In this document: positions 57,889 to 64,000 of the stretch, in pieces
How the letters are laid out: each line of letters starts with the position of its first letter
How positions within the stretch are numbered: the stretch's first letter is position 1
Notes under the pieces: generated by a model
What the model saw: the letters and a program-made list of their open reading frames with translations, nothing else
What the model was told of the DNA's origin: nothing
Database searches by the model: none
Made by a program: the position numbers and the translations under genes
NCBI GenBank assembly: GCA_964247055.1
Contig: OZ176053.1
Location: 1,488,001-1,552,000 of the forward strand
Direction of reading: 5' to 3'
DNA from: Paragordius varius
Taxonomy: Eukaryota; Animalia; Nematomorpha
DNA: 64,000 bases

Positions 57889-60800
57889 ATGCAGTTTTTA
57901 TTGTGCTTTTCAATGAGTTGGGTACTTTTAAGTTTGTGGGCATTTCACATCGTTCAGGCAAAACACGATTCGTGTTATGATGCCAAAATTGATAGACCAA
58001 TTAAAGAGCATGAAAAGTATTATTTTTAAATTAATATATTAGTTTTCATTTATATGAATCTCGATTTGGTGATGCATTAAAAGATGAACTACCGAAATCT
58101 CTTGATTACCGTAATTTAAATGGAAAAAATTATGTTAGTCCAACCAGAAATCAACATATCCCTCAATGTAACTATTTTTATCGCATTATTTTATACCCGT
58201 AAAATAGTAAAACACCTAATAAAGATATTACAATTTTTTGATAGTGTACCTCAGATTCTAATAAATAAGCATTTATTAAGCTTTAAACATTTTCTTATTT
58301 AACCATATTTGCGCCCAAATTTTGTTATATAATTTATATCTTTAAGTTCTAGAGATATACATAGCTCAATTTATGGATTAAAATTTATATATTTAATGGG
58401 TTTTCTAGTACACCGCAGCTTTCAAATATTCTATTGCATTTCCCTAACATAAAGTAATGTTTTTTATTCAAATACTCTGATTTACATTCTTTCATATATT
58501 GTCCTGAAATTTATTTTTAATTTTACCTTTTATACTATATATATATATATATATATATATCCCATTTACAGTTCAAATTCACCCTAAAAATAAATTATGT
58601 GTTTTCAGGATAATATAACTCATCATTAATATGAAATATATTTTTACGACATAGTTTATTATTTTTCCAGCATTATATTAATTTTAAAGGAAATTTTTAA
58701 TATTAAAAAACATTAATTTATTTTTAGGGTGAATCTGAATTGTCAATGGTTTATATATATATATATAGATTGTGGTTCGTGTTGGGCCATGGGTAGTACT
58801 TCAGCTCTTGCTGATCGCATAAATTTTAAGAGGGGTGGCATTTGGCCCCAGGCTTATTTGTCCGTTCAAAATGTCATTGATTGTTCAGGTGCCGGGACTT
58901 GTATAACAGGAGGTGGTCATTTAGGTGTTTACCAATACGCTAAGGATATCGGCATTCCTGATGAAACTTGCAATAATTATCAGGCTAAAGATCAAAGTAA
59001 GGTGTTGGTTTTTGCAAGAATTTTTAGTTTCATATTTCATTAAATATTTTTTACCTTTTACTTTAATAGTTTATATTTTAATTGTATATTACGTTTGATA
59101 AAGATTACTAGTAGTAATCGAAAACTCTCACCCAATAAATTCATTTAATTTTAGCTCAATTATAATTGCAATAATAGGTAAAGTTTAAGTTTATAAGGAT
59201 GAAAAGGTGAGTATTTTTAATTGAATTTTCTATTTTCTTGTTACTTTATTGTTTTATTTACCTTGGAATTTTCAATATTTTGATTATCGTAATTCAGGAC
59301 ATCCATACTATTTTGATCATTGTTATATATAAACTTAAATAATAACAATTTTAAAATATATTGAATGTTATACTAATTAGGTTTTTTTATCGGAACCCAA
59401 AAAGATAGGTCAAATCAACAAATTAATAAAAATGAAATATGGCTATTTTATTTCTAAAAAATATTGTAGTTTAGTTCTCACATTATAATTTTTAGTGTAA
59501 ATACATATTTTACACGTAAAAATAATTATTAATATAAATCATTTTCAATTTTCTGGTATATTCGGTTTTTAATATTTTCAATATCGATAAATACCACTCA
59601 AAATTTTATATTCTTAGTAAAAAAAATATTTGGTTAAAATATGGTTTTTTAAAGTTACAGTTTATTTTAATACCAGAACAAATGTAAAAAATATGGACAA
59701 AATTATTAACACATGACCTACAATACTTTATGCTACTGTTTTATTTTATATTATGATATTGTTCATTAAGAATGGTAAAAATTTAAACAAAGTCATTTTT
59801 TTAAAAAAAAACTTCATTTTTTAAACCGCGATTCCTGTCAATACCATATCTGGTGGTTTCACATTATGTTTCACTTAAACTAAAACATTTAAGAGTGGTT
59901 TGAATTGGACATTAAGTGGTAGTAAAAGAATTTTAATTAATTACAGAATTTTTGTATCTTGTAAATCATTCTTTTTCTTATTTGTCTCTCAAAATTTTAT
60001 TAAATAATTTTTTAAACATAATCGTATAAAATATAGATGGAATTATATCTATTTTTAAAAAATACGTTTTCTAATATCATATGGTGTTTGGAAATTTCAA
60101 TAAATTTGGTGTATTAAATGGTTCACGATACCATATCCCCTGTCAGATTTTTGATTTTATTTACTGCGAAAATAAATTAAAGAAAATGATTAATAAAAGC
60201 ACAAAATGCTAAGTTATTTTTTTGATCTACCCCTTTTTGGAAATTAATAATAAAGAATGATTTGTTGTTCAACACTATACTGAATATAATAATTGGGAGT
60301 TTCTCCCTATTTTTAAAAATCTACCCATATGTTAACTAATATATTTATTGTGTTTTTTATTATTTAAACCCATTTAATATTTAACAATTTTGATATTATT
60401 TTTATCTATTTATAACTCAAAAACTTTACATATACAGTAATTAAATTATACGGAAAAACATAAAAATCATACTTTTTAAATCTGGATTTTTTTTGAATAT
60501 AACTCATTGTTTAAATTTGCAAACCATAATAAAATAGAGTTGTATATTGGTAACACAATCAATTATACATTATTTTACAATTAATTAAATGTGATATATA
60601 TAAGGTTTAAAATAGTACAGGTGAGAAAAAATAGTTGTCTTTATATTTTTGCGTTTAATCCGTATAATTTCAATTTTTATATATATTTCAGAATGTAATA
60701 AATTCAATCGATGTGGCCAATGTGAAAATTCGGATCGATGCTATGCCTATAAAGCTTATGAGGTGTGGCGCATTACAAAATACGGTTCCGTTTCTGGTTA

Positions 60801-62753
60801 TCACAATATTAAAGCCGAATTATTTAAGAATGGACCTTTAAGGTAAAATTAAGTTGTTCTTGAATTTTTTTTAAATAATTTAGATAATTTAAAGTTTTTT
60901 AAATTTTTTAATCAAATATGAGATATCGAGATTTGTAATAAGGGGGATACATTGTCATTTTCTATCTTATAAAACTCAATTGTTTTTGATGGTCGCATAT
61001 GCAGTTTAGTTTAGCCTGATTTTTATTAATTCTGTCCATTGTTTTGATAAAATTATTCTTTTATATTATCTTTTTTAAGAAAATCGTTTTTTAATAATAA
61101 TAATAATTTTATTGCCTATATCATAGCTGTGGAATTATGGTAACGGATAAAATGGAAGCTTATACAGGAGGGATTTATGAGGAATATTCCAATGAAATTG
61201 GTGTAAGTATTATATATACCATTTACAGTTTAGGTTCACCCTCGAACAATTCAAATTCATCTTGAACATTCAAATTCACCCCCTGAACAATTCAGATTTA
61301 CCCTATAAATAAATTATGTATTTTCTTAATATAAAATATTTCTTTATATATTAAAATATAGGTAATTTTTGATCTTAAAAAACATATAATTTATTCGAAG
61401 GTGAAATTGAATTGTTCGAGGGTGAATTTAAATTGTTCAAGGGTGAATTTGAATTGTATAAGGGTGAATTTGAATTGGGTATATATATATAATAATGGAA
61501 AATTGAGTTGCAATTTTTTTACGATATTTAAATAATAATTATCTATACTTAAAAATGTTTTATACGGGTTCAAATTTTACCAATCATTATTAACCACGTG
61601 AGATTTTAGTAAATCACTTTGACAAAATTTTATTAAAGATTATTTAAACATAAAGTTTAAATAAATATGTTTTAATTTGTTTTTTATACCATTTATATCT
61701 ATTGTTTTTTTTTCAAATAAAATATTTTATATATATTTATTAAATAGTTAGGTTTCAATCCGTTATATCATTTATTTTTTTAATTTAAGATTAATCATAT
61801 ACTGTCGATTGTTGGTTGGGGCATCGAAGGTTCTGGCGAAAATGAAACCGAATATTGGATAGTTAGAAATTCTTGGGGTACAACTTGGGTAAAAATATTT
61901 ATTTATTTTTTTTAAAAAAAAAATTTTTAAAAAAAATTGAAACAAATTTATATAAATATAATTTCTTTTCGGTTTATCTTAATGTTAGTTTATAAAAAAT
62001 GATATATTGTGATTATTTTACATTTTAAACCCAATTTTTAATTAAAAAACTTTTAAACTAAAAAATATTTTTTTGGTGTTTTAGGGTGAAAATGGTTGGA
62101 TGAAAATTGTGACGAGCGCAACACATGACGGGAAAGGGAATGATTATAATTTAGGTTTTATATTTTTGCTCATAAATATACATAATTTTGATTTGAAATG
62201 TTATAGTAACAATGTATAAAATAAATAATTGAATAAGGTAATTACAAAATAAAAAATAATAGAAATATTATTTAATTAAACAAGGGGTTTTATAATTTGT
62301 TGATTGTTTTAAAGATTAATTAGTATAATGTTTGTGCTAAATAAATTGACTTAACACATTAATTAAATCTTTTATACTAAAACCTTGCGCAATTTTACAT
62401 TATATTAAATAATTGAATGATTTAAACAGAAGCCCTTTTTAGTAGCGACAAAGTTTTAAATAATTTTTTTACATGAAAATAACATCGATATTAACAAAAT
62501 TGTTGTTGAACTCCATTATATAATGTTATAAACGAAGAAAATTAAACTAAAAAAACTGATATCCAAATGATATATATGCTACTTTCAACTTAAATTTCAA
62601 TTCAATTTTCGTTTTGAATTAGGAATTGAAACTGAGTGTGCTTATGCGTTGGCCGAACCTGATCCTGTACCATTCAATGAAACTTCTTTGTTGGTTTCAG
62701 AGCATTTTGCAAAGCGAAATAATATAATTTACGAGAATGATATATATTTTAAT
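57889..62753 (+). CDS. CTSZ: Cathepsin Z/X (papain family C1A), about 335 aa. Exons 57889-58016, 58043-58167, 58769-58996, 60692-60842, 61127-61202, 61790-61888, 62085-62154, 62623-62753
   Basis: Signal peptide and a short propeptide with a Cys. The mature start LPKSLDYRN is followed by the RNQHIPQYCGSCW mini-loop and catalytic Cys, then INHIL (His) and RNSWG (Asn). Exons join in frame (1008 nt). Confidence 0.95.
58560..58751. mobile_element. MITE family A in CTSZ intron 2, inside (TA)n
   Basis: CCATTTACAGTTCAAATTCACCC ... GGGTGAATCTGAATTGTCAATGG with (TA)n on both sides. Confidence 0.8.
60435..60680. mobile_element. MITE family D ending about 10 nt before a CTSZ splice acceptor
   Basis: TA|CAGTAATTAAATTATACGG ... 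CCGTATAATTTCAATTTTTAT. Confidence 0.65.
61217..61481. mobile_element. MITE family A in CTSZ intron 5
   Basis: TACCATTTACAG, three subterminal repeats per arm, (TA)n flanks. Confidence 0.8.
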
Positions 62754-63091
62754 ACATTTTAACACAATTTAAACATACAATACTGACATTATTTTATACT
62801 TTTTATAACATACATTTATTCGCTTTTAAACTAACATAGATTTATTCATATTTTAATATTTTTAATATATTTTCAAAAAAATAGTATTCATGGTACTCTT
62901 CTTATTCACATAACTGTTAAGCTCAAATTTTTTATTATTTCACATATAACTATAATCATGAAACAAATAATAAATATTTTTGTTAGATATATTATTATTT
63001 TGTTTTTGTCTCTGATTTCAATTTTGGATGTTTTTGTTGAAAAAAAAGGTTTTGGATTAAACGGTTTTGATAGCGATATTTTTGGTTAATA

Positions 63092-63316
63092 CAGTATGCA
63101 TTTTAATGGTTCCTTATTTCACACTATAGTTGGGCAAATCGCAACACAGTGGTGTATGAAAAAATATAACAATATGTTGAATAAACAATAATATTTTCCA
63201 TTCTTACATTACATTGTTTATTTTATTCAATATTTTGTTGTCGTTTTTCCATACACTACTGTGTTGCAAATTGCCCAAATATAGTGAGATAAAAGCAACC
63301 ATTAAAATGCATGCTG
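63092..63316. mobile_element. MITE family F, complete copy
   Basis: TA|CAGTATGCATTTTAATGG...CCATTAAAATGCATGCTG|TA. Confidence 0.85.
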
Positions 63317-64000
63317 TAAATTTTATAATTAAAAAACAAAAATAATTGAAATATAAGGTTTATATTTTTTAAAAAAATATAATCCCAATAAATTTAAAAT
63401 CGTATTCTCAATTGCCAAATAACGCTGGTAAAAAAATATTACAAAAATGTAAATAAGCTTTATTCAATATTTATTTTACATTTCAAACGTGTTAATAATA
63501 AAGTGCATTGGTTAAGGGGTCTTAAAAACATTTGTCTACAATATTAATTGTTTTTACATATATTAATTCGAGAAGTTTCGATAAAATATTAATGTTTTTT
63601 ATCATTACTATCACATGTTTTGTAAAGATTATTGGCACCAATATAAGCAATAAGTTCATCAGGGACCAGGTATTTAATTGATTGACCCTTTGAGATGGCT
63701 ACTCTAAAATTTATAATAATTATTAATTAATTTTTTTTGCTACACAAAATTTAGTTTTTAATACAATAAAAATTATTAATAAAAATTAATATTTTGGTTA
63801 AATACTGATAATCTTTATTAGGTATAAATGATATTTTTACCGTAAAGCAGTTGAACTTATTTCGTTTGGAACAGGGTCTGACACAATATGGATTTGATCC
63901 TATTTTGTATACACAAATAAATAAATACATTGAAAAATCTTAATTTTTATGTGGCGTCCAACTAATTATAATGCATTTTTGACATTAATTATAATGATTT

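Overview
This is a very AT-rich eukaryotic (metazoan) genomic window with an intron-rich gene set; the organism cannot be identified from sequence alone. Eight protein-coding genes were reconstructed by hand: the 3' part of a PKA regulatory subunit (+), a KCTD1/15-type BTB protein (-), VAP (-), CTP synthase (+), YRDC/Sua5 (-), a DUF268 membrane-anchored protein (+), an intronless orphan 7TM GPCR-like ORF (-) and cathepsin Z (+). Introns and intergenic DNA are dense with transposon relics. These include two hAT-Buster copies with perfect TSDs and a 6-kb hAT-Blackjack element carrying nested Chapaev3-like, Helitron and foldback insertions. There are also piggyBac-like TTAA elements, several TA-flanked MITE families, and RTE-like, RLE-clade (NeSL/Utopia-like) and Penelope retroelement remnants. 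The most striking signal is a class of ultra-short spliceosomal introns (22-34 nt; 8 of 35 reconstructed introns, none between 35 and 116 nt). They always lie 5' of the long introns in their gene and, in VAP, sit at vertebrate-conserved positions. Also notable: a PKA-R subunit with PKG-like Thr/Ser in both nucleotide pockets, and a sharp gene-conversion tract between inverted transposon copies. No rRNA, intact tRNA or CRISPR array is supported.
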